Origin: Lama glama
Lineage: Eukaryota
Assembly: GCA_028534125.1 (NCBI GenBank)
Contig: CM052817.1
Location: forward strand, 76,510,001 to 76,574,000
Length of the DNA stretch: 64,000 nt
Reading direction: 5' to 3'
Shown: piece by piece, positions 13,601 to 24,185 of the stretch
Position numbering within the stretch: the stretch's first letter is position 1
Layout of the letters: each line of letters begins with the position of its first letter
Translations under genes and position numbers: made by a program
The notes under the pieces: generated by a model
What the model saw: only the letters and a program-made list of their open reading frames with translations
What the model was told of the DNA's origin: nothing
Database searches by the model: none

Positions 13601-15037
13601 ATAGAAAACTGGACAGCAACATGCAAAAGAATGAAAATAAACCACTCTTACACTACACAAAAAATAACTTAAAATGCATGAATTAAATACTTGAGCATAA
13701 GACTTGAAATCATAACACATCAAAAAGGAAATGTGTTAAGCTCTGTGACAAAAGTTTTGACAATGATTTTTTTGGATTTGACACCAAAAGCACAGGCACC
13801 CAAAGCAAAAATAAATAAGTAGGACTACATCTAAACATTTTCTGCACAGCAAGGGAACCATCCACACAATGAACAGTCAACCTATCAACTGGAGGAAAAT
13901 ATTTGCAAATCATATATCTGATAAGAGGTTAATATCCAAAATATATAAAGAACTCACAAAACTCAATAGCAAAAAATCAAATAATGCAATTGTTAAAAAG
14001 GCACATGATCTGAATAGACATGTTTCTAAAGAAGATATACAGCCAGCCAACAAACGCATGAAAAGGTGCTCAAAATCACTAATCATCAGACAATGCAAAT
14101 AAAAACCACAATGAGATATTATCTCACATCTGTTCAAAAGGCTATTATCAAAAAAGTGTTGACAAGAGATAACAAGGGTTCGTAAAGATATGGAAAAAAG
14201 GGACCTCTTGTACACTGTTGGTGGGAATGTGAATTGGCGCAATCACTAATACAGTACAGAGGTTTCTTAAAAAATAGATAGAACTACCATATGATCCAAC
14301 AATTTCACTTCTAGGTATTTATCTTGAGGAAACAAAAACACTAATTCAAAAAGATGTATGCACCCCCATGTTTACTGCAGCATTATTTACAATAGCCAAG
14401 GCATAGAAGAAACCTAAGTGTCCATTAATGGATACATTGATAAAGAAGATATGGTATATATACATGCACACACAATGTACATGCACATATGTATACACAC
14501 ACACACACAAATATTTTTCAGCTGTAAAAAAGAAGGAAATTTACCATATGTGAAAACATGGATGGACCTTGAGGGAATGTGCTAAGTGAAATAAATCAGA
14601 AAGGGAAGGAAAAATACCATATCTCACCTTTATATGGATTCTTAAAAAAAAAACAAAAAACTGAACTTACAGATACAGAGAACAGATTGATGACTGCCAT
14701 AGGCAGGGTATGGGGGAGTGTAGATGAAATGGGTGAAGGTGGTCAAAAGATACAAACTTATTTATTTTATAAACTTAGTTATAAAATAAGTAAATTATGG
14801 GGATGTAGTGTACAGTGTGGTGACTATAGTTGATAATATTATAGTGTATATTTGAAAGTTGCTAAAGACTAGATCTTAAGTTCCATCACAAGAAAAAAAA
14901 ATTAACTGTGTGTGGTGATGGACATTAACAAGAATTATTGCAGTGATTATTTTGCAAAATATACAAATATTAAATCATTGTGTTTTATATGTGAAACTAA
15001 CATAATGTTATATATCAACTACGTCTCAACTCAAAAA
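10661..15037 (+). mobile_element. L1 (L1MA9-like 3' end): 5' UTR segment joined directly to ORF2 endonuclease region, through RT and complete 3' UTR
   Basis: ORF-track fragments [24 protein letters not shown] and SGTRQGCPLSPLLF; 3' UTR with gaaagttgctaa...atcattgtgttttatatgtgaaactaac; no ORF1 between about 11125 and the EN sequence. Confidence 0.92.
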
Positions 15038-15127
15038 TATGTAGAAAAGAACAACAAAAAAGTACAATTATGAAGTTTCTATTAGCAGAAGAAATTAGCA
15101 AATTGTTAACTAATGTCAGGTTATAAT

Positions 15128-15370
15128 AGTGTTCCAGTTATACATTTCTGCTTATAAATGATCATAAAATTTGAGGGGTAAAACATCCACTTTACTTTGG
15201 CACCATTTCTGGAAAAAGGAATTTTTTAAGGGCACGTTTGGAAGTTTGTCTCTGATTCACATGTGTCAAATGGGACAGAGGGGAGTGAAGGATTCACATC
15301 TAGTCCTGAGAGAACCTAGGTAAAGGATATAAAAATAAGAATAAAAAGCAGTAAGAACAAGTGTTTCAAG
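15128..15370 (-). mobile_element. Old MaLR (MLT1-like) LTR fragment
   Basis: Weak similarity to MLT1 antisense start (tgttccagttata...aaaatttgaggggtaaaaca). Confidence 0.35.
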
Positions 15371-15552
15371 AACTCGATGTTTCTCATATATGGCATTGAT
15401 ATATTCACTGTCTACATTATTATAAAAAATTATAATTGTTTATTATCCATTATGTTAAAGCTTTAGTGCATTCTGTAAGAAAACACATGTATCAAGGTAG
15501 TAATTCAAGCTACAATGAAATTGTATTTATTTCACTTTCTTTCTGTAAACAG

Positions 15553-15583
15553 TACTTCTAAGGTATATGGAAAAGATACATGG
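15553..15583 (+). CDS. Candidate 31-nt exon of an unidentified gene
   Basis: Acceptor ttcactttctttctgtaaacag, donor TGG|gtgagt; two open frames (LLRYMEKIH or TSKVYGKDTW). Confidence 0.3.
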
Positions 15584-16056
15584 GTGAGTGTCACTTTAGA
15601 TACTGTCTTCAGATAACATGTGGACAAAGTGCATTAATAAAAATTTCAGGCAAAGTCTAGGGGAAAAAAATCTATTTAAAGTGCCTAAATGAAGGGAATG
15701 GAAACAAAGAGGACAGAAAGGCACTGAGGGGCACTGACCTCACCTGGATAATTGTTCAGTCTCTATAACCCAGAATCTATGGAAAAAAGGAAGTGTAATA
15801 AAACTGGTTAGATTAATAAACTGTTAGCAAAACTTTTAAGTTTTTTTCAGTATAAATGTAAATGGACTAGTCTTTTTGAGCTGGTAGAATAAATAGTTTG
15901 ACTAAACACATGCAGCAATCAGAAAAAACAGGACAAAAAATGCAAATATTTGTGGAACTCTATCTTTAACAAGTTTTAAGGTTTGGCAGTAGGATTAGCT
16001 AATCGGATGTTAAAAAAATCCTAGTTAGTTTATGGTCTTGTGTCTGTATTTTTCAG

Positions 16057-16071
16057 ATTTAGTACTTTGAG
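16057..16071 (+). CDS. Candidate 15-nt micro-exon
   Basis: Acceptor tgtctgtatttttcag, donor GAG|gtattc; in frame (FSTLR) with both neighbouring candidates. Confidence 0.22.
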
Positions 16072-16160
16072 GTATTCTAAAACATATGCAAATATTTATG
16101 AATCTATTTAAAGATTCCTTATTTATTTTACCTTAATTAAGAATATTTTGTATTTTGTAG

Positions 16161-16228
16161 GTACAAAAAGAAAACAGATTTCTCAACAGAAAATGGTCTA
16201 AAAGTGGATTTTCTAGTGAACAGTATGA
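16161..16228 (+). CDS. Candidate 68-nt exon of an unidentified gene
   Basis: Acceptor atattttgtattttgtag, donor GA|gtaagt; open frames YKKKTDFSTENGLKVDFLVNSM or VQKENRFLNRKWSKSGFSSEQY. Confidence 0.33.
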
Positions 16229-17034
16229 GTAAGTCCTTCCTTAGAGCCAAAATAATGCTGTGTTACTTTCATATTTTTTGCTGAACATATAACTGACACT
16301 TGTGACAAGCTAGCTTTTGTTACAGCTAGAAACATGCATCTTCAATGTTATTGTTCTATATTTATCTGATTAATGGTCAAACTGCAAGACTCAGGAGACA
16401 ATTTAACAGTCACTTTGTCACAAAAAGCATTCATCTGAAAGCACTTTTACTTTTTTAAACAAAATGACAAGCCTCTCTTGTCAACAGACTGACAGCAACA
16501 AAAATGGAAAGTTTAACTGGATCTGATCTAAAATGTGTGCATTATTTGGCAATACCCAAGTGTGCTGAACTGAGCTTTGTAATATGGCCCCAAATGAAGT
16601 TCTTCTTCACCTTTCTGACTGTAAGGCCATACAGTTGTCTCACTGTTCCAACAAAATTACGTATATATTGGCTTTCAACCACTAGTATGTGAATAATGGA
16701 TGAATTGTATGAATTCATATTCTCTATATAAAATGCATATTTTTACTATTTTCTGTAGCATAGGGAATAAATTGGGAGTATTCGGTATTATGATATATGT
16801 GTAAATGATGGCTAACTTAAGGAGTTTGCCTGAACTGATATACTGTTCCTATTTTAGTATAATCTAATGAAAAACCAATTTAGTACAACCAGAATATACC
16901 TCAGGCTTATTCTTTACAGACAGTAAATAGTCCCATTTATATTTCAGACTTCGAGCCTAGTGATTCATATGTTCATCAAGTTAGATTTATCATTTATTAA
17001 TTAATTAATCTGAAAGTGATAAGGTCTACCATAT

Positions 17035-17700
17035 TTTATTGGAATCTCAAAAGAAGGAAAGAGAATGAAGTATAGCAGTGTTTGAGGAGATGATAATTTT
17101 TCTGAAATAATGAATGATATCAAGTCAAAATTAAAGAAACTCTGTGAAACACAAGAAGATAAATACAAATAACATCATGTTGAAACATAACACATGAAAA
17201 GCTTAAATCCAGAGAAAACATAGATATCTTTGAGGCACTGAGAGATAATGATAGATTTATTTTAAAGGGAAACATAGAGGAACAGCTGTGTTTAGAGCGA
17301 GATCTAGGCAAATAAGCAATGAGGAAAAACTGAAAAACAGTGAGTTAAGCAGCTATCTTTAGAAAACTGACAGATAAGAGTAAGTTAAACCCATAGAATT
17401 AGAACAAAGTATAACAAGAGAAAACATTAATAATACATGAGAAAATAAAGCAATAGGGAGATCAAAAAAGGAAAAAGTTGGTTCTCAGAAAAAGCTAATG
17501 AATTTGATCAACGCCTGTTTAAAAGAGAGGGGTTATATATAATCATCATCATGAATAAAAGAGGTGTACGAGAACAAATAGTACAAGACATAAATGGTGG
17601 TGCAAGAAGAATAGTATAATCAATATTTTCTCAAAAAATTTAAAAATGTATAAAAAGTTTTAGAAAGTAAAAAATGAAAACTTCAATTGACCTGTGAATA
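17035..17700 (+). mobile_element. Very old L1 ORF1/ORF2 remnants
   Basis: attggaatctcaaaagaagg...tttgaggagatgata (ORF1-like) and aaaagttggttctcagaaaaag (ORF2-like). Confidence 0.6.
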
Positions 17701-17717
17701 AAAACTGTAAAGTTCCC

Positions 17718-18140
17718 GTGCAGCAACATGGATCGACCTAGAGATTGTCTTTTTAAGTGAAGTAACCAGAAAGAGAAAAATACCGTATGATATCATTCAT
17801 ATGTGGAATCTGAAAAAAAAAAAAAAAAAGGACACTAATGAACTCACCTACCAAACAGAAACAGACTCGCAGACATAGCAAACAATCTTATGGTTATGGG
17901 GGAAAGTGGGTGGGAAGGGATAAATTTGGGAGTTTGAGATTTGTAAATGTTAAACTCTCTATATAAAAATAGATTTTTTAAAAGTTTCTGCTGTATAGCA
18001 CACGGAACTATGTTCAATATCTTGTACTAACATTTAATGAAAAAGAATATGAAAATGAATATATGCATGACTGGGACATTGTGCTGTACATCAGAAACTG
18101 ACTCATTGTAACTGACTGTACTTCAACTAAAACAAAAAAA
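17718..18140 (+). mobile_element. Young camelid-type L1 3' end (5'-truncated)
   Basis: gcagcaacatggatcgacctagagatt...gggtgggaagggataaatttgggagtttgag...ttgtaactgactgtacttcaa plus A tail. Confidence 0.93.
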
Positions 18141-18626
18141 CTTCACCATTTCTTGGTTGTGAGAAGTTGTGATTAATTGCAATTAGCAGCACCTTCAGGA
18201 TATGGAATTAAAAACACAAGACAATCCCATTGCCACATATAGGTAATTCGGAGGTAAATTCACAGGCCTCTCTGCCTCTCCTGCAGCCCACCACAGACAC
18301 TCCAGCTTTCAGTTTTACACTTTGACTTTAGCTTTTGTCCGTAGCGAATAACATGACTGGTAGAAACCACCCCTGTTGACCAGGCCAATCTGTAGAATAG
18401 CCACAGATGACCACACTAGTTAAAATTTCAAATAGAAAAGATTCCGTATGAGCTTTTCAGCCCACTTGCGCTCAGATCTTCCCTTGGTTCTGTGAACTAT
18501 ATTTTCCAGGTTACTTTGTCGTCTGGCTTCTGGTTGAATTCAGCCAATGTAAGTCACTGTCAGAAAACTGGAGGATGGAAGACAGAATGAAGCCAGCTTA
18601 TTTCTGACAGTTAGGATCTCTTGGGA

Positions 18627-18678
18627 GGGACAGATGTTATCTGTAACTGGGAGTCCTGTATTTACTCTGGCAACCCTA
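18627..18678. mobile_element. MER53-like hAT terminal fragment
   Basis: taactgggagtcctgtatttactctggcaacccta matches the recalled MER53 terminus. Confidence 0.55.
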
Positions 18679-18835
18679 ACCCAGGATTCCACCAGGAGGC
18701 CTTGCTTCCTTTTTTGTGGCTCCAAGTAGGAATACTTCTTCCCTTTGACTCTTTAGCTTAGTGGTGGCAGCAGCTTCCAGTGTTGCTGTCTTTGGGTTGT
18801 CTCTCCATCCTCCTTATTCTTCCTGTATTCCTAGC
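18679..18835 (+). mobile_element. Old ERVL-type LTR fragment (LTR16/LTR33-like)
   Basis: ccctttgactctttagcttagtggtggcagcagcttccagtgttgct. Confidence 0.4.
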
Positions 18836-19238
18836 AGATGGAATTTGATATAGGGAGGAATAATTATATAAGACCCAGAAAAAAGGGGGGAACCAAATGA
18901 TAGTACTTGACTCCATCAAAATTAAGAGTTTCTGTTTTGTAAAGGACTCAAATCACATAACTAAAGGAAAGTTAGCATGCTACTAGGAAATATTTGCAGT
19001 ATCTATAATCAACACATCTTAGTATCTTGAATATGAAAAGAACTGCAAAGCATACCAAAAAATCAGAAAATCCAATTATAAAATGGGAAGTTAAACAGCC
19101 AATTACAAAAATGAGAAAACAGTGTCAAATAAGAAAATGAATAAATGCTCAGATAAAAAGTAACGAGTCACACAAATTACAATAGTAAGATTCTACTTTC
19201 TATCTATTAGACTGACAAAAAATAAAAATTCCCATAAT

Positions 19239-20889
19239 CCTTTCTCCACGTTTCAGAAAGGGGTCCATACAGCGTTTGTTACCAATTCCTGTCCTGATCT
19301 CAGGAAAATGTTCAATATCTAGAGCCCTTGAAATCCTGTAGGAAAAGGAGAATAACCACGAATTCCTCCCTGTGTGATGTATGTCACTAAAACTGAATTT
19401 CAGAGGGAATAGTGTATCTTCAGAAAGAAAAGTGATGGCACCTGCATCATTAACATACAGCGGACCAGAAATGCTTCTGCCTGGGGGCTCGTGCCATTGT
19501 GGCCTCTGAAAATCCAGTTGATGTCAGAGTCATATCCTGGAGCAGCACCAGCCAGCATGCTGCACTACAGTTGATAACTGCTCCCTGAGCCCCATCTATT
19601 GCTGCATGCTTCATTCCTAGAGTCTTTACTAAGCAGATTCAGACAGCTTTCTGAGACTCCTACCCTTTCTTCGGTATTGATTCCAAGGCTAAGCTCTTAT
19701 CAAGGCATCTGACTGTAGCCTGATCATCATGGGTCTGTTTAACACAGATTCTCTTCTGCATTATGTGGACACTGCCACACATGCCACAACACATACTCAA
19801 TGGGTCTCATGTGGTGGGTGCTGGCTCAGAAAATCCTGGTCTGTGCAGCAGCATTCCCCTTGGACACGTGGGAAATCAGGCCTGACCTCTGCTCCTACAG
19901 CTCTGAGACAGGAAGGGGGCCAGGGCACAGCCATTCAAGGAATGCTATGGCGATTAACATCAAAGTGGTGCAAGATTCAACCCCCAGTAGGCCTTGAGGC
20001 TTAAGATGGGAGATTTGACTTCCAGCAGATCTTGAGCTTCATTATATACTCATTGTAATACGTTAGCATGGTGAATAACAAGCCCACAGGCACCATGGCA
20101 GTCCTAAGGCTAGCCACAAAAGGTCGAAGAGTGGGAAATGGCCAGCTTCCTGGGAATCCCAGCCCCTTCCCCAAACTAGTTAGACTGGTGCTTCCACTTA
20201 TTAGCATGTGAAGCCACTGAGCCCATAAAAACTGGCAACACTGTGCGGTGCCTCGGGGTCCCTGCCTCTCTCTCTCTCTCCCACCCCCGTTTGGAGAGGC
20301 CCACGATCTGTCTATGGAACGTGTACCTCCTTTTACTCTAATCTGAGCACCCAACCCCCACACCTAGTGGCCTTTCTCTTGCCTTTCAATGTATCTCTCT
20401 GAATAAATCTACCTCTACTCAACCGTGGCTGGCTCTTGAATTCTTTCCTGCGTGAAGCCACGGACCCACACTTGGCGGGGCACGTCCCAGGGGCTCAACC
20501 AAAGCCTGGGACACAGCCTTCCTCATGCCCCACATCCATTTTTCCTGCATCAGCTATAATAAGGAACGTAAAAAAGAAAAAGTAGGTTGTTGCTGAAAAA
20601 GCTGTAGCCAAGCAAAAATGTCAGGGTGGATGGACTTCCTCAACTGCTGAATTGATTGCTAGTCCACCTGAGGTTGACGGCGGGCCTGAAGTCTCCCAGG
20701 TTTCCTCTTGGCCTAATCAGCTCTTCCTTATCCCTACTGTAGACCAGAGTTCTCAGCCTGTGACTGAAGACAGGTAAGCAGCAACATCTGCTCAGGCTGA
20801 ATAATCTTAATCTCCTCTTCTTCCATAGGTTCTTAAGTAAATATGGGTGTGGTGGGGGTGGAGGGGAGTTGACAGAAAATAAGCATCAC
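19239..20889 (+). pseudogene. RPSA: Processed pseudogene of 40S ribosomal protein SA (laminin receptor), split by an LTR at 19904-20552
   Basis: Intronless match to RPSA mRNA: 5' UTR ggggtccatacagcgtt; start codon decayed to ATA at 19315; NTDSLLHYVD (parent NTDSPLRYVD); GLMWWVLA (parent GLMWWMLA); 3' part gctgaaaaagctgtagccaag...cagggtggatggact; 3' UTR ataggttcttaag...gaaaataagcatca. Confidence 0.95.
19904..20552 (+). mobile_element. Complete solo ERV1 LTR, MER41-like
   Basis: TG...CA termini (tgagacagg...ctgcatca), 4-bp flanks gctc/gcta, AATAAA at 20402, gaattctttcctgcgtgaagcca U5 motif. Confidence 0.85.
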
Positions 20890-21476
20890 ATGGTATTTAT
20901 TAAATGACATGACTTTGAATGCAGGTAAGAAAGTGAGAAAAGGGAATATTCACCCAGTGGTATCAGTGATTTTTGAATGGAAATAGGCACTTTTTGATAA
21001 AAGTAAATCATCTCATCGCTCTAGGTCTTATACATATATAGAAGGAGAACTTTACAAGATGATTTATGTTAGCATTGTTTATACTACGAAACAGCTGGAG
21101 ATAGACTCTGTCATGCAGTGGTCAGGAGAGAAACATGGCTAGATCTGAAAAAGATGGTTAAACAACAATATAATAAAAAGCTAACACTAAGATTTACTGA
21201 CATATCATTTGGCTAAACTTAAAACTAAATGGCTATTATTTCACTGATGTAAGTATTTAAATAAATATGTGGAAAATATACATTAAAACAAGCATGTGTA
21301 CTATTGAAAGGAGAATGGAGGGGTGGTTAATGGAAAAATAAAATACAAAACCAAAAGCTAGCAACAAATGGGCAACAAAGATAAAATGTTATGAACCTAG
21401 AAGAATGAATAACTCAATTTGTACTTGTGAGGCCATGTTTTCTAAAACAAACAAACAAAAAATACCTAGCAGGTTA

Positions 21477-21530
21477 CAATGTGGTAAACTGACTGTACTT
21501 CAATAAAAATATATTTAGTATATAAAAAAA
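21477..21530 (+). mobile_element. Ultra-short L1 3'-tail insertion
   Basis: gtaaactgactgtacttcaataaaa plus A-rich tail, flanked by perfect 10-bp TSD tagcaggtta (21467-21476 and 21531-21540). Confidence 0.85.
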
Positions 21531-21999
21531 TAGCAGGTTAATTTAATTAACTTTAAAAGTGCCTGCTAGCTTCATTCAATTGCATAGTAACATTGGTACT
21601 TGCTAATGTACCTAACAATTGGGTTGTATTCACACAAATTTCATAGAGTACGCTGCAAAGATCTAATTTGTATGTATTTGAATATACGTATGAATTAAAA
21701 AATATGATACAAAATGAAATCAGCATAAAATAATTCATTTATAAGAGTTAAATTTATCTTCAAAAATTACTGATTATCTTAGTACATATAATTGATAGTG
21801 GAACGGTATTTTAAAATATAGTGCAGATGCAAAAGAAAAGGTACAATTAATTCAGCATATTTTAATAAACAAGTAATTAAAAGCTTGTTTCAGGTTAACA
21901 TGCTAATTTGATTCAAGAGTTTGAAAGTCATGATTAACCATCATCTCTAAGGCAAGATTTAGTACCCAGTTCTTCAGAGTGCTTAAGGCTCCTGAAAAT

Positions 22000-23290
22000 G
22001 TCATTGCCTTTCCTATACACTAGCAATGAACAAGTGGAATTTGAAATTAAAAAAAATAAACATTTACATTATCACTAAAAAAAATGAAATACTTGTTAGG
22101 TTTGTATCTAACAAATATGTCCAAGATCTAGATAAGGAAAACTATAAAACTTTGATGAACAAAATGAAAGAACTAAATAAATTGAGAGATACTACATGTT
22201 TATGGATAGGAAGTCTCAATATTGTCAAGACGTCAGTTCTTCTCAACTTGATTTATAGACTCAGTGAACTCCAGTAAAAGTCACAGCAGGTTATCTCATG
22301 GATATTGAGAAACTGATGCTAAACATTTGTAAGAGAGGTGAAGACCCCGAATAGCCAACACAGTATTGAAGGATAAGAACAAAGCTGGAAGACTGATTTT
22401 ACTTGACTTCAAGACTTACTATAAAGCTACAGTAATCAAGAAAGTATGGTATTGGTAAAAGAATAGACAAATGGATCAATGGAACAAGATAGGGAGCCCA
22501 GAAATACACCCACATAAATATAGTCAACTGGTCTTTGACAAAGGAGGGAAGGCAATCCAACGGAACAAAGACAGTCTCTTCAACAAGTGGTGCTGGAACA
22601 ACTAGACATCCACATGCAAAAAATGAATCTAGATAGAGAATTCACACACTTCAATAAAATTAACTCAGAATGGAACACAGACCTAAATGTAAAATGCAAA
22701 ACTACAAAAATTCCAGAAGATAACATAAGAAAAAACCTAGATGTCCTTTGGTATGATAAAGACTTTTTCAATACCAATGCCAAAGGCATGATCCATGAAA
22801 AAAGATTTATAAATCTGAATTTTATTAAAATTAAAAACTTCTATTCTGTAAAAAAAAAAAAGTAGAGAATGAGAACACAAGCCACAGTCTTGGAGGAAAT
22901 ATTTCTAAAGGTCACATCTGATAAAGAACTGTTATCCAAAACATACAAAGAACTCTTAAAACTCAACAATGAGAATACAAACAACTCAATTAAATAATGG
23001 GCCAAAGACCCTAAGAAACACCTCACCAAAGAATATATATAGATGGCAAATAATCATGTGAAAAGATGCTCCACATTGTATGTCATCAGAGACCTGCCAA
23101 TTAAAACAGCAACTAAATACCACTACAAACCAAAATCCAGAACAGTGATACCACTAAATGCTAGAGAGGATGAGGAGCAACAGGAACACTTGTTCACTGC
23201 TGGTGAGAACGCAAAATGGTACAGCCACCCTGGAAACAGTTTGGCGGTTTCTTACAAAACTAAACATACTCTCCCCATATGGTCGATCTA
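22000..23290 (+). mobile_element. L1MB/L1MC-like ORF2 C-terminal fragment
   Basis: Collinear with 990-2280; WIGSLNIVKTSVLLNLIYR in the ORF track. Confidence 0.93.
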
Positions 23291-24049
23291 GCACCAATAT
23301 GCCCACTCATTTCATGAAGTCAGGTACAGCTAGCACTAAGGATCTGACTAAGCATTTGCCTTAGCATTTCGATTGCTTTTGAGCTGACAACTGAGTTTTC
23401 TCTGTGGGCTTCATCCTAATTCTTCTTCAAAATTCTCACAGACATTTCCATAACTGGCCCCAAAAGGGAGTTGTATTGTGCAATTACCTAGGGTCGACTT
23501 TGCCTACCCATACAGCAAAGCCATTGGCTAAAACCCAAGATTGCTTAATTATCCATACACTTCCTTGATGGCAGGAACCTAACTATTCTTCCACTGATAA
23601 ACAGTTCAACTTCTCTCATTATTCAGGCTTGCCCTTGCCTTCTTTCATCAAGGTTCTATCACCTGCAGGGCACCTTGATGCTGATTTTTCTTGTAAAATG
23701 GTCCTCCATACATAAACTCGCGTAAGTAAAGCAAGCATCCTGTATTGTCTAAAAGCCAGAGAGCCCTGGGCTTGGCCCACACAGCAGTGGGAGTAGGGAG
23801 GTACTCAGAGGGCTTCATTACCGACTCCACAGGGAGTAAAGCAATCTGCTTGTGTATGTGGTGACTTTCCCTGAACTCCCTCCTTCCACATAGCATGCTG
23901 TCGACAACCCCATTTCTACTTTATGAGTGAGTTATCATGTGCCACTCTTCCTACTGAACGTGTCTTTGACATCGCCCAAATTTGCTCAATATAACTGGAC
24001 TCAGAATTGAGTCCCTTCAGTTGTAACAGTGATCTCTGTCAATGCTGAG

Positions 24050-24185
24050 TAATATTTTAAGGTAGGTATAATTGATATATCCTTTTTTCTTTCAAATAAT
24101 AAAGTAGAGAAATTAAGTGATCTGTACAAAACCATCCAGTTAAGATGGCACACATTGAGGTCAAACCTTGTCCTCTGCCTTTGAT
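24050..24185 (-). mobile_element. MIR SINE fragment
   Basis: aggtaggtataatt...agagaaattaagtgatctgtacaaaaccatccagttaa. Confidence 0.5.

Larger units (their letters stand above)
18895..21440 (+). mobile_element. L1ME-like ORF2 end/3' UTR, interrupted by the RPSA retrocopy (L1 parts about 18895-19238 and 20905-21440)
   Basis: catcaaaattaagagtttctg...ctattagactgacaaaaaataaaaa upstream; collinear L1 resumes (gtgagaaaagggaatattca...tagcattgtttata) downstream. Confidence 0.65.

Noticed and set aside
15461..15496. Further upstream in-frame exon (LVHSVRKHMYQ)
   Set aside because: Would need a 56-nt intron and a weak gtagta donor
19729..20004. RPSA-LTR fusion ORFs as a new gene
   Set aside because: Short frames in a pseudogene with a lost start codon and many frameshifts; no sign of preserved coding capacity
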